A stretch of 64,000 nt of DNA, taken from positions 10,382 to 74,381 of the forward strand of contig LBWY01000010.1 of assembly GCA_000995135.1 (NCBI GenBank), in the 5' to 3' direction. The stretch is from Parcubacteria group bacterium GW2011_GWE2_39_37. GTDB lineage: Bacteria > Patescibacteriota > Patescibacteriia > Patescibacteriales > GWE2-39-37. Numbering within the stretch: position 1 is the stretch's first letter; each line of letters starts with the position of its first letter. This document shows positions 1-7,390 of this stretch, piece by piece. The position numbers and the translations under genes were made by a program. The notes under the pieces are model-generated. The model was not told where the DNA came from and did not search any database. It worked only from the letters and a program-made list of their open reading frames with translations.

Positions 1-659
1 TCAAAAGAAAATGGCCGCTGATTAAATGGGTTAAGTCAGATAATCGCTGTCCGGGCGATGATAGCTTCTGGCTTGATGGAGATCCTTTGACTCTCGATGA
101 GTACCTTGAGTATCTGAGCCAACCAGAACCGCAAAGGAAAGGAGTGGTGCTGGTACGAGCCGAACCAAGTGAGACTGAATTCCATCAGCTACAGAATCGG
201 TCCATATCTTTGATTGCCAACGAAGGTTTGAAAAGTTATGGATTGTCTACAGGGCTATGGAAAGAGGTTAACTATTGGAATGCGGACAGCCTACCCTGGA
301 AATATGGCTTCGTACTGAAGCCGCTACAAGGTAGTAAATGCAAAGATGTTGAAATCTGGCATCCCGGAAGAAAGCACTTTAACCATCTCAGCATCGGAGG
401 AATTTCCAGCGAAAGCAAGGTGCGACAAACGCTGGAAAAAAACCGGGTGATGTACTGTCAACCCTTGGTGCTGCCGATGCAAACCCAGGTGGAGAACCAA
501 CCGTTCTTTTTTATCTACCGCCTTTACCTTGGCTACCATGTGGGCAACAAAGCCTACGAACCACTGGGTGGGACTTGGGTAGGTAGACTCAAAAACTTCA
601 AAGTCCATGGATCGGAAGATTCGATTTTCGGACCGCTTGTTCTGGAACAAAAAACATAA
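1..659 (+). CDS. hypothetical protein, C-terminal part (frame open to window edge)
   Basis: The frame is open from nt 3 (KRKWPLIKWVKSDNRCPGDD...), so the TTG at 87 in the ORF track is probably internal. A terminator follows at 658-683. GC-rich like the leuA block. No family recognised. Confidence 0.5.
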   Translation, partial: KRKWPLIKWVKSDNRCPGDDSFWLDGDPLTLDEYLEYLSQPEPQRKGVVLVRAEPSETEFHQLQNRSISLIANEGLKSYGLSTGLWKEVNYWNADSLPWKYGFVLKPLQGSKCKDVEIWHPGRKHFNHLSIGGISSESKVRQTLEKNRVMYCQPLVLPMQTQVENQPFFFIYRLYLGYHVGNKAYEPLGGTWVGRLKNFKVHGSEDSIFGPLVLEQKT

Positions 660-683
660 GACGATTAACCTCGTCTTTTTTTA
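658..683 (+). terminator. Rho-independent terminator
   Basis: AAGACGA-ttaacc-TCGTCTT stem-loop running into a T-run, overlapping the stop at 659. Confidence 0.7.
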
Positions 684-696
684 TTTAACTTTTTCC

Positions 697-724
697 GTCA
701 TCCCCGCGCAGGCGGGGATCCATG
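697..724. repeat. GTCAT...GGATC palindromic hairpin repeat, solo copy
   Basis: gtcatCCCCGCGcaggCGGGGatccatg. Same family as the cluster at 10393-10739. Confidence 0.7.
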
Positions 725-772
725 TCGGTTTATATCAACTAGAATTGTCGTGGGAATAGAGAATTTTTTAAA

Positions 773-812
773 TAAAAAGAGGCGGCAAATTGCTTTGCCG
801 CCGTTGTTTTTT
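773..812 (-). terminator. bidirectional hairpin terminator downstream of leuA
   Basis: GGCGGCAAA-ttgc-TTTGCCGCC, flanked by an A-run and a T-run, just past the leuA stop. Confidence 0.65.
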
Positions 813-824
813 GACGTACGCAAC

Positions 825-2390
825 TCAGGGAGTTACGGCATCATGCATATCAGTCTTCTTTTCCCCTTTCCCTCTTTCCAGACGATTCAACGCCTGGATA
901 TAGGCTTTGGCCGATGCCTCAATGATGTCGGTGGAGGCTCCTCTGCCAATCGCAGTCCGATCGCCATCAGCAATTCGTACCGTTACCTCGCCTTGCGCGT
1001 CGGTACCTCCAGTGATCGCGCCAACGTTGTATTGCTTGAGCTTTGCTTTGGTCTTGGTCAGCTTTTTTATCGCCTCCAAGGTAGCATCGACCGGACCATC
1101 GCCGAGCCCGGCTGTTCTGGACATTTCACCGAAGGTGCTTATCTGAACTGTTGCCGTAGCAATAGCGAACGAGCCGCAGGTGACGGTTATATGTTCCAGC
1201 TTGAATTTCTCTTCCCCCTGTACCCCGTCCGCGACGATGGCGTCCAGATCTTCGTCGAAGACCTCCTTCTTGAGGTCGGCCAGGGTCTTAAACCGCTCGA
1301 ACGCCTTATTGAGCACATCATCGTCGAGCGCATAGCCCATTTCCTCCAGTCTTTTCTTGAAGGCATGCCGTCCCGAGTGCTTGCCAAGGACAAGCAAGCT
1401 GGTTTTAAGACCGACCGATTCCGGTGTCATAATCTCGTAAGTGGTTTTTTCACAGAGCATGCCGTGTTGGTGGATGCCGGCTTCATGGGCGAAGGCGTTT
1501 GCACCAACGATGGCTTTGTTGGGCTGGACGACGATGCCGGTCACGGTGGTGAGGAGGCGGCTGGCCGGTGTAAGCTGTTCGGTCACGACGTTCGTCCTGA
1601 ACGGCAAAATATCAGAGCGAGTCCGAAGCGCCATGACGAACTCTTCCAGAGAGCAGTTGCCAGCACGTTCACCGATACCGTTGATGGTGCACTCTACCTG
1701 GCCGGCTCCTGCCTGAATAGCTGCGATTGAGTTCGCCACTGACAGACCGAGGTCATTGTGACAGTGAACGGAAATTACCGCCTGGTCAATATTGGGCACG
1801 TTTTCCTTGAGGTACTTTATGATGTTGAAGTACTCGAAGGGAATGGTGTAGCCGACAGTGTCCGGAATGTTGACAGTAGTTGCACCGGCGTCGATGACAG
1901 CGGCCACAACTTCGGCCAGGAACTTCAGATCCGTCCGAACCGCGTCCTCGCAGGAGAATTCCACGTTCGGAGTAAAATGACGTGCGAGTTCGACCGCTTT
2001 GATCGCCGCCCTCAGAACCGCTTCAGGAGGCATCTTCAGCTTGTATTTCATGTGGATGATCGAGGTTGCTATAAAAGTGTGAATTCTGCCTTTCCCCTCG
2101 GCGTATTTCACCGCTTCCCAGCAACGAGTGATATCATGGGTATTCGCCCTTGCAAGTCCGGCGATTTCCGGTCCCTTGATCGTCTGGGCAATCTTTTTCA
2201 CGGCTTCGAAGTCGCCATCAGATGCGATGGGAAAACCGGCCTCGATGACGTCGACGTTAAGCTTCTGGAGCTGGCGCGCAATACGCAGCTTCTCGTCGAT
2301 GTTCATACTGGCACCCGGAGACTGTTCGCCGTCACGAAGGGTGGTGTCGAAAATCCTGATTGTTTTGAGATCTTTCTGTTTTTCTGCCAT
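825..2390 (-). CDS. leuA: 2-isopropylmalate synthase (LeuA/CimA family)
   Basis: N-terminal IRIFDTTLRDGEQSPGASM, HCHNDLG and a C-terminal LeuA-dimer-type regulatory domain. Start taken at MAEKQ, preceded by GGAGG (ggaggattaaaccaATG). The gene is visibly GC-rich. Confidence 0.9.
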   Translation of the reverse strand: MAEKQKDLKTIRIFDTTLRDGEQSPGASMNIDEKLRIARQLQKLNVDVIEAGFPIASDGDFEAVKKIAQTIKGPEIAGLARANTHDITRCWEAVKYAEGKGRIHTFIATSIIHMKYKLKMPPEAVLRAAIKAVELARHFTPNVEFSCEDAVRTDLKFLAEVVAAVIDAGATTVNIPDTVGYTIPFEYFNIIKYLKENVPNIDQAVISVHCHNDLGLSVANSIAAIQAGAGQVECTINGIGERAGNCSLEEFVMALRTRSDILPFRTNVVTEQLTPASRLLTTVTGIVVQPNKAIVGANAFAHEAGIHQHGMLCEKTTYEIMTPESVGLKTSLLVLGKHSGRHAFKKRLEEMGYALDDDVLNKAFERFKTLADLKKEVFDEDLDAIVADGVQGEEKFKLEHITVTCGSFAIATATVQISTFGEMSRTAGLGDGPVDATLEAIKKLTKTKAKLKQYNVGAITGGTDAQGEVTVRIADGDRTAIGRGASTDIIEASAKAYIQALNRLERGKGEKKTDMHDAVTP

Positions 2391-2606
2391 TGGTTTAATC
2401 CTCCATTCATGGTATCTGCTCAAAATACGAGCATACGTTGCACCAAAACATCTTCGATTTAGTTTCTATCCTCCTTTCGTTATCCTTAGATTTATAAACC
2501 AACCTCACCCCAACCCTCTTCCTGAAACGAGTTCAGGACAGGCTCTTCTAAAGGAGAGGAGGTAAAAGAGAAAAGAGATTTAATACATATATTTTAAATG
2601 ACCAAT

Positions 2607-2638
2607 TAAAAAACCACCTTTATTCAGGTGGTCTTTTA
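2607..2638 (-). terminator. hairpin with U-run between the small-gene operon and leuA (terminator or attenuator)
   Basis: ACCACCT-ttattc-AGGTGGT. On the minus strand it is followed by TTTTTT. Confidence 0.5.
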
Positions 2639-2845
2639 TCGTGTGACTAAACTTTTTAATCATACAACAAAAGACCGCTCGAAGAGTAGCAATGATAGCA
2701 ATAGGCTGTTTAATTTTTCAAATTTTCTAATATTCATATCTAATGGCTTATATTATATAAATTTTTACAATTTGTAAAGGCTTTTTTGTATTATTTTTTA
2801 TTTATTTTTATTTTAGAATATATAAATTAGTAATTGATTAAATAG

Positions 2846-2882
2846 TCCGAGCGGCAAACTTTAAGAAGTTTGCGCGCTCGGA
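2846..2882 (-). terminator. long GC-rich hairpin after the stop of the 71-aa gene
   Basis: TCCGAGCGGCAAACTT-taag-AAGTTTGCgCGCTCGGA, about 16 bp of stem with one bulge. The U-tract is weak. Confidence 0.45.
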
Positions 2883-2919
2883 GGTTGGGGTTAGATGAGG
2901 GTCAGTCCTCTAATCACCG

Positions 2920-3135
2920 CTACTTAGCGGTAAATATTTTGGCACCCTTCTCGTAGTCCCTTTTGACTATTCGGAGAAGACGTTTAGCAGCTTCTCGATC
3001 GGAAGCAGGACCATACGCAGTGGCAAAAGGTGATTTTTGATCAGCTCGCCAGATTACCAAGCATTCTCCTTTGGCAAGTGGCACTTTTTCCAGATTTACC
3101 CTTGAAGGGCTTACAAATACTTCCGGCATGCTCAT
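2920..3135 (-). CDS. hypothetical 71-aa protein
   Basis: AAGGAG precedes the ATG. Third gene of a tightly spaced GC-rich three-gene operon. No family recognised. Confidence 0.6.
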   Translation of the reverse strand: MSMPEVFVSPSRVNLEKVPLAKGECLVIWRADQKSPFATAYGPASDREAAKRLLRIVKRDYEKGAKIFTAK

Positions 3136-3162
3136 TCATTTCTCCTTTCCTGCTGTAGTGGT

Positions 3163-3351
3163 TTAACCTTGCATACTGGCGGACCTTTTTTCAAGCCTGA
3201 CAAGCCTTTCGTACTGCTCATTCAAGCGCGTTTTTCTTTCGGGCGGGATGGCGGGATTCGCAAGCTTTCGTTCAAGATTTTTCTTTTCTGTCGAATAAGC
3301 ACTTTGTTTGGTCCCTGTTGCCATACCGCCGGTGGTAATGTCGATTTCCAT
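3163..3351 (-). CDS. hypothetical 62-aa protein
   Basis: GAAGGAGGAG-cggc-ATG. Charged helical sequence. No family recognised. Confidence 0.6.
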   Translation of the reverse strand: MEIDITTGGMATGTKQSAYSTEKKNLERKLANPAIPPERKTRLNEQYERLVRLEKRSASMQG

Positions 3352-3381
3352 GCCGCTCCTCCTTCGTAGTTTTTGCAGTCG

Positions 3382-3684
3382 TTATGCAGCCATCGCAGGT
3401 TTAGGTTCGTTGAGGGCGAAGTCAACAATTTTCGGTTTCGGATGGAACCGACACTTGTCGCAGCCTTCACAACCAACCTTGTTGTCATTTCTGATGACGG
3501 CGAAAATTTTCATCCCGTCGAGACAGGTAGCCGAAGCTTTATCAAGCGACAAGCAATCGACTACGTCAGAAACTACCATCAGTTCAGCTCCATCCTGAAA
3601 GACGAAGCATGCTGTTCTCTGGCCAAGAAATCTGGCCAGTACCTCTGGGCCCTGGAATCTTACCCCCCTCAGACTCGTGCTCAT
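3382..3684 (-). CDS. hypothetical 100-aa Cys-containing protein (GCEGCDKC motif)
   Basis: GGGAGG-ttgt-ATG. First gene of the three-gene operon. No family recognised. Confidence 0.6.
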   Translation of the reverse strand: MSTSLRGVRFQGPEVLARFLGQRTACFVFQDGAELMVVSDVVDCLSLDKASATCLDGMKIFAVIRNDNKVGCEGCDKCRFHPKPKIVDFALNEPKPAMAA

Positions 3685-3897
3685 ACAACCTCCCTTTTCA
3701 ACAAAGATATTTGTTCAACAATCCTTCTACTTGAATTCCGAAGTAGTCTTTTTTCTCCTTTGTCTGCAAAAAAGTGGAGAACGCTGATTTGAGTTAAAAA
3801 TTCCCTCAATATTTCCAAGCTAAGCCTTCTGGGTCTTTTCTTGACTCGACACCCCCATAAAATTAAAATGTTTCAACGACCATTAGCCTCTTCGACT

Positions 3898-3937
3898 AAA
3901 AAATAATGACCCTAGTTGCTAGGGTCATTACTTTTTA
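3898..3937. terminator. bidirectional terminator-like hairpin with no adjacent gene
   Basis: TAATGACCCTAG-ttg-CTAGGGTCATTA, flanked by an A-run and a T-run. Confidence 0.5.
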
Positions 3938-4091
3938 TTCTAAGAGATTGTTTTTCTTTAAAGTATTGCTAATCAAAATAATGACTAGGTTTTTTGCTGA
4001 ATAATTTTTCATACTGTAATAAGTATAAGCATAAAGCTGTAAAATGTCAAATTATTATAATAATTAATTTATAATTTATTTAAAATTAGCT

Positions 4092-4122
4092 AAAAAAAAC
4101 CCGTCAAATCTAGTTTGACGGG
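4092..4122 (-). terminator. Rho-independent terminator of the Cys-rich micro-ORF
   Basis: CCCGTCAAA-tctag-TTTGACGGG. On the minus strand it is followed by eight T. Confidence 0.65.
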
Positions 4123-4274
4123 TGGGGATGGGCAATTGGAATAATGGCTGTCCCGATAATGATGATTTTCTTGCATCGGCAATGACAGCATTTATTCTCT
4201 ATCCCGACTTTCCTTAAGCAATTTTTGCAATACCTGAATTCAGGTATGCTTATCGCCCATGCTTGTGTTTCCAT
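4110..4274 (-). CDS. candidate 54-aa Cys-rich small protein (METQAWAISIPEFRYCKNCLRKVGIENKCCHCRCKK...)
   Basis: An internal ATG of the 67-aa track ORF is preceded by GGAGGAgtt. Six Cys lie in CxxC...CCxCxC spacing. The unit is bracketed by two terminators. No homology recognised. Confidence 0.35.
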   Translation of the reverse strand: METQAWAISIPEFRYCKNCLRKVGIENKCCHCRCKKIIIIGTAIIPIAHPHPSN

Positions 4275-4337
4275 AACTCCTCCATCGATAGCAGGATTAC
4301 AATTTAAAGCCAAGGAATGCTTAAAATGAACAAAATA

Positions 4338-4365
4338 TAAAAACCCAGTCTTGGACTGGGTTTTT
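4338..4365. terminator. bidirectional terminator hairpin
   Basis: aaaaaCCCAGTCttgGACTGGGttttt. Confidence 0.6.
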
Positions 4366-4602
4366 ACATTTATATGAAATTCTTGTTTACCGTTTTTATC
4401 TTTTCCTTAATGTAAATTTACCCAGCATAAAATTCACCGCGCAGGCGATGGCTTTTTTGGCAGTCGGTTTAATTGCTGTGTAAATTCTCATATGTGAATA
4501 AATATAGCAAAATATAAAAAAATGGTCAATTAATTTTTAAATGCTTCCAAAACACTAATCAACACACCCCGCCCTATCGGGCACCCCTCTCTAGAGGGGA
4601 TT

Positions 4603-4640
4603 AAAAAAACGACGCAGAAAATTTCTGCGTCGTTCTGTTT
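4603..4640 (-). terminator. terminator downstream of ndk
   Basis: ACGACGCAGAAA/TTTCTGCGTCGT 12-bp stem with A/T runs on both sides. Confidence 0.65.
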
Positions 4641-4658
4641 TTTCTGCGTAATTATGCG

Positions 4659-5270
4659 CTATTCCAAAATGCCGTCCAAATTTACATCATACAAAATCTG
4701 TTCTGCAATCAAACGGTAATTGATGATTTCATCTTCCTTAAACCAGATTGGGATTTCTTTTTCTGCTTCCTCAACGTTTCCAGAAGCGTGAATCAAGTTT
4801 CGTACACTTCTTTGATCGGTATCAGCCAAGGCATAAGTATCCAAAGTGAAGTCGCCGCGAATAGTGCCTACGTCTGAGGTTAAAGGTTCTGTGCCACCGG
4901 TAATTTTTCTTACCAAAGCTGTTGCTTGGTTACCCTGCCAAATCATCGCCACCACCGGTCCTGAGCTAAGATATTTTGCATTAGCCATCATTACTGCTCT
5001 GCCATTTTCCATGTTGGTTGCGAATGGTGATTCCAAGCCTTTCTTTTCATAAGAAGCTCTTGCTTTGCGGCCGACTTCTTCCAGCCAGGCATCTCCGCCC
5101 ACTTCATAATAATGTTTAACTGCCTTTTCCTCGGATGCAGTTACTATTTTCATGGCAATCAATTTTAACCCGGAGCGTTCATAACGTTTGATTATTTCTC
5201 CGATCAAAGATCTTTGCACACCATCTGGCTTGATTATAACCAGCGTTCTCTCTTTACTTGGATGAATCAT
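4659..5270 (-). CDS. ndk: nucleoside diphosphate kinase, long form with internal insertion
   Basis: ERTLVIIKPDGVQR, SGPVVAMIWQG, GTIRGDF and NLIHASG motifs. About 45 aa are inserted after HYYE. Start taken at MIHPSKE. Confidence 0.85.
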   Translation of the reverse strand: MIHPSKERTLVIIKPDGVQRSLIGEIIKRYERSGLKLIAMKIVTASEEKAVKHYYEVGGDAWLEEVGRKARASYEKKGLESPFATNMENGRAVMMANAKYLSSGPVVAMIWQGNQATALVRKITGGTEPLTSDVGTIRGDFTLDTYALADTDQRSVRNLIHASGNVEEAEKEIPIWFKEDEIINYRLIAEQILYDVNLDGILE

Positions 5271-5407
5271 AATAATTCTCTCAAAACTCAAAAGCAAATT
5301 GTAATTAAAAATCAAAACCTTAAGCTTTGATCGTTACGTCTGCGTCTTACGTTTTGTATTTATTAATTTATATTACAACCCTATTATAAAGGCAAATTGA
5401 TAAAAAA

Positions 5408-6271
5408 TCAAGGGATGATCTGCCACTTATCGCCCTTACTAGACATCCTAATGGTGCCTTGCAGGTCATTGCGAAACACCGACACATTATTCCGCTCCAA
5501 TTTTTTTAATGTCCGCTTGCTTGGGTGGCCAAAAGAATTGTCTTTACCGACTTGAATAACTCCGAAACTTGGTTTTACCGCTCGTATGAACTCTTCACTG
5601 CTCGCAGTATCAGAGCCATGATGACCGATCTTTATCAATCCCGCCGATAAATCCTGGCCCCTGGCCATCATTCCCTCTTCAATTTCTGCCTCTGCATCCC
5701 CTACTAATAATGCGCTAACTTTTTTGTATTCAACTTTTGCGATTAATGAACTATTATTCAGATTTGTCACCGATTTCCCAACCAAACTTTCTTGAGGCGA
5801 AATATAAACCATTTTACAGTCAGGAGAAAAATAAATAGTCTGCGGTCGATCAATGATAGTTAGGACAACATTTCTTTTTTTTATCTGTTCGAGCCAAGCA
5901 AGATATGAAGGTGAGCTATGTACCACTCCCGTATAGAGGATTCTTTTGATCTGATAATGTTTGAGCACTTCGATCAAGCCCCCGACATGGTCGTCATGCG
6001 GATGAGTAAGCACCATTAAATCGATCTGCCGATCCCACCAAGGCAAATTCTCAGACAATCTTCTTAAAACAGAATTGTCCGGTCCCCCGTCGATCAAAAT
6101 ATTTTGGCCGGTTGGCGCTTTAATCAGAATACTATCCCCCTGCCCCACATCCAGGAAATCAATTTCCAAAAAATCTTTCTCTTTATAAAAAAAGCCGATC
6201 AAAATGGCGCTGATCACGACGACCAGGCAAGCAATAGCTAAAAAAATAATCTTTTGTTTATCACTCAACAT
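5408..6271 (-). CDS. ComEC-type metallo-beta-lactamase domain protein with N-terminal TM helix
   Basis: DVGQGDSILI, LTHPHDDHVGGL and GHHGS motifs typical of the ComEC C-terminal MBL domain. Confidence 0.8.
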   Translation of the reverse strand: MLSDKQKIIFLAIACLVVVISAILIGFFYKEKDFLEIDFLDVGQGDSILIKAPTGQNILIDGGPDNSVLRRLSENLPWWDRQIDLMVLTHPHDDHVGGLIEVLKHYQIKRILYTGVVHSSPSYLAWLEQIKKRNVVLTIIDRPQTIYFSPDCKMVYISPQESLVGKSVTNLNNSSLIAKVEYKKVSALLVGDAEAEIEEGMMARGQDLSAGLIKIGHHGSDTASSEEFIRAVKPSFGVIQVGKDNSFGHPSKRTLKKLERNNVSVFRNDLQGTIRMSSKGDKWQIIP

Positions 6272-6321
6272 TTAATTTAAAATTAATCCTTTCCGCCTAA
6301 CATAATCAAATAACTAAATTT

Positions 6322-6735
6322 ATGCGCATGGCAAAAAAAATTTTCCTAAGTTTACTGCTGTTTACCATTATTTTTGTCTTCTTCATCCTGTTTTCTGATA
6401 ATGCCAATGCCCAAGATCGATCTGATCAATTATTTTTCGGTGGACAAGAAGATGAGTTGCAGATTGCTACCGGCCTGGGTGACCGCGATCCAAGAATCAT
6501 CATTGCCCTTCTGATCAGAGTAGCCTTGGGATTTCTAGGCATTTTGGTTTTGATGATTATCTTGCTGGCCGGCTTTAAATGGATGACTGCTGGTGGGGAC
6601 GAAGAGCGATTGGCTGATGCACGAAAGACATTTTTTTCCGCAATTGTCGGGCTGATTATGATTCTGGCCGCTTTTGCCATTGCAGAATTCGTCATTCAAG
6701 CTATTTCTACCGCTACCGGCACAAGTCCTATTTAA
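6322..6735 (+). CDS. 137-aa secreted two-TM hairpin protein with VirB2/TrbC-pilin-like topology
   Basis: Signal peptide ending ANAQ, then DPRIIIALLIRVALGFLGI (TM1), WMTAGGDEERLADARK (loop) and AIVGLIMILAAFAIAEF (TM2). Paralogous to the N-termini of the 583-aa and 1885-aa proteins. Confidence 0.6.
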   Translation: MRMAKKIFLSLLLFTIIFVFFILFSDNANAQDRSDQLFFGGQEDELQIATGLGDRDPRIIIALLIRVALGFLGILVLMIILLAGFKWMTAGGDEERLADARKTFFSAIVGLIMILAAFAIAEFVIQAISTATGTSPI

Positions 6736-7120
6736 GATCGATACGAAATCCAAGATGATAAGCAAGGTAACCTGTTAATCCTAGTTGGACAGCAGGCGTA
6801 AGACCGATATCCAAGATTGGAAGGATAGGCATTGCCGGGCTATATGCCCACCTCTCGGTTGCTAGTGCCCATAGCTCAATATTCACCGAGACTAAAATGC
6901 CGGTAATGATTATCAGCCAATCATATTTCGGTAATAACCCTAAAAATAAAAAAATTCCCACCAGGAGAATTATGATAATCGCATCTACCAACGAAGCTCG
7001 AAGCAATATGAATTCGGTTATCGCGCCTTGCTTGTAATGCAAATACAGAGCACTATGAAGATTTTCCCAAATGAAATTCAAGATAAGCGCTGAGCCAAAA
7101 ACGATATTCCACTTTTTCAT
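6728..7120 (-). CDS. hypothetical integral membrane protein (130 aa)
   Basis: Four predicted hydrophobic helices. Its start overlaps the upstream gene by 4 nt. Confidence 0.5.
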   Translation of the reverse strand: MKKWNIVFGSALILNFIWENLHSALYLHYKQGAITEFILLRASLVDAIIIILLVGIFLFLGLLPKYDWLIIITGILVSVNIELWALATERWAYSPAMPILPILDIGLTPAVQLGLTGYLAYHLGFRIDLK

Positions 7121-7359
7121 TGATTCGCATTAAAATTTAAAAATTTTTGCCACATCACTTCGGTCAATTGATGTTTCGGATTAACATAAGTTTTGGCCTC
7201 AGCCTTTGCCGCAGCCTTCATCATGGGTGATTTATTATTATCACCAAAGACATACCAGTAAGCCAATATTACTGAAAAAGCAAGTAATAAGATTGAGGTG
7301 ATGAAAAACAAGATTATATGGAGATAGACACTATCATTTTCTATTGGTCGCTTGATCAT
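7117..7359 (-). CDS. hypothetical single-TM protein (80 aa)
   Basis: One hydrophobic helix. Translationally coupled (4-nt overlap) with the downstream gene. Confidence 0.45.
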   Translation of the reverse strand: MIKRPIENDSVYLHIILFFITSILLLAFSVILAYWYVFGDNNKSPMMKAAAKAEAKTYVNPKHQLTEVMWQKFLNFNANQ

Positions 7360-7390
7360 AATGATTATATTTTAACATAATCAGATGAAA

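Noticed and set aside
750-2565. Long plus-strand ORFs (750-1730, 1758-2462, 2128-2565) overlapping leuA.
   Set aside because: These are shadow ORFs on the antisense strand of a confidently identified GC-rich gene. They have no SD and no recognisable motifs.
3169-3792. Plus-strand ORFs 3169-3369, 3308-3598 and 3373-3792.
   Set aside because: They overlap the three minus-strand small genes, each of which has a strong SD. The plus-strand ORFs lack SD sequences.
4128-4340. RNase P-like or other known ncRNA, because of GGAAAGTCGGGA on the minus strand.
   Set aside because: Only one short resemblance to the RNase P consensus was seen. The terminator-bounded unit is about 230 nt, too short, and lacks the other conserved helices. 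A GGAGG-led ORF explains the region at least as well.
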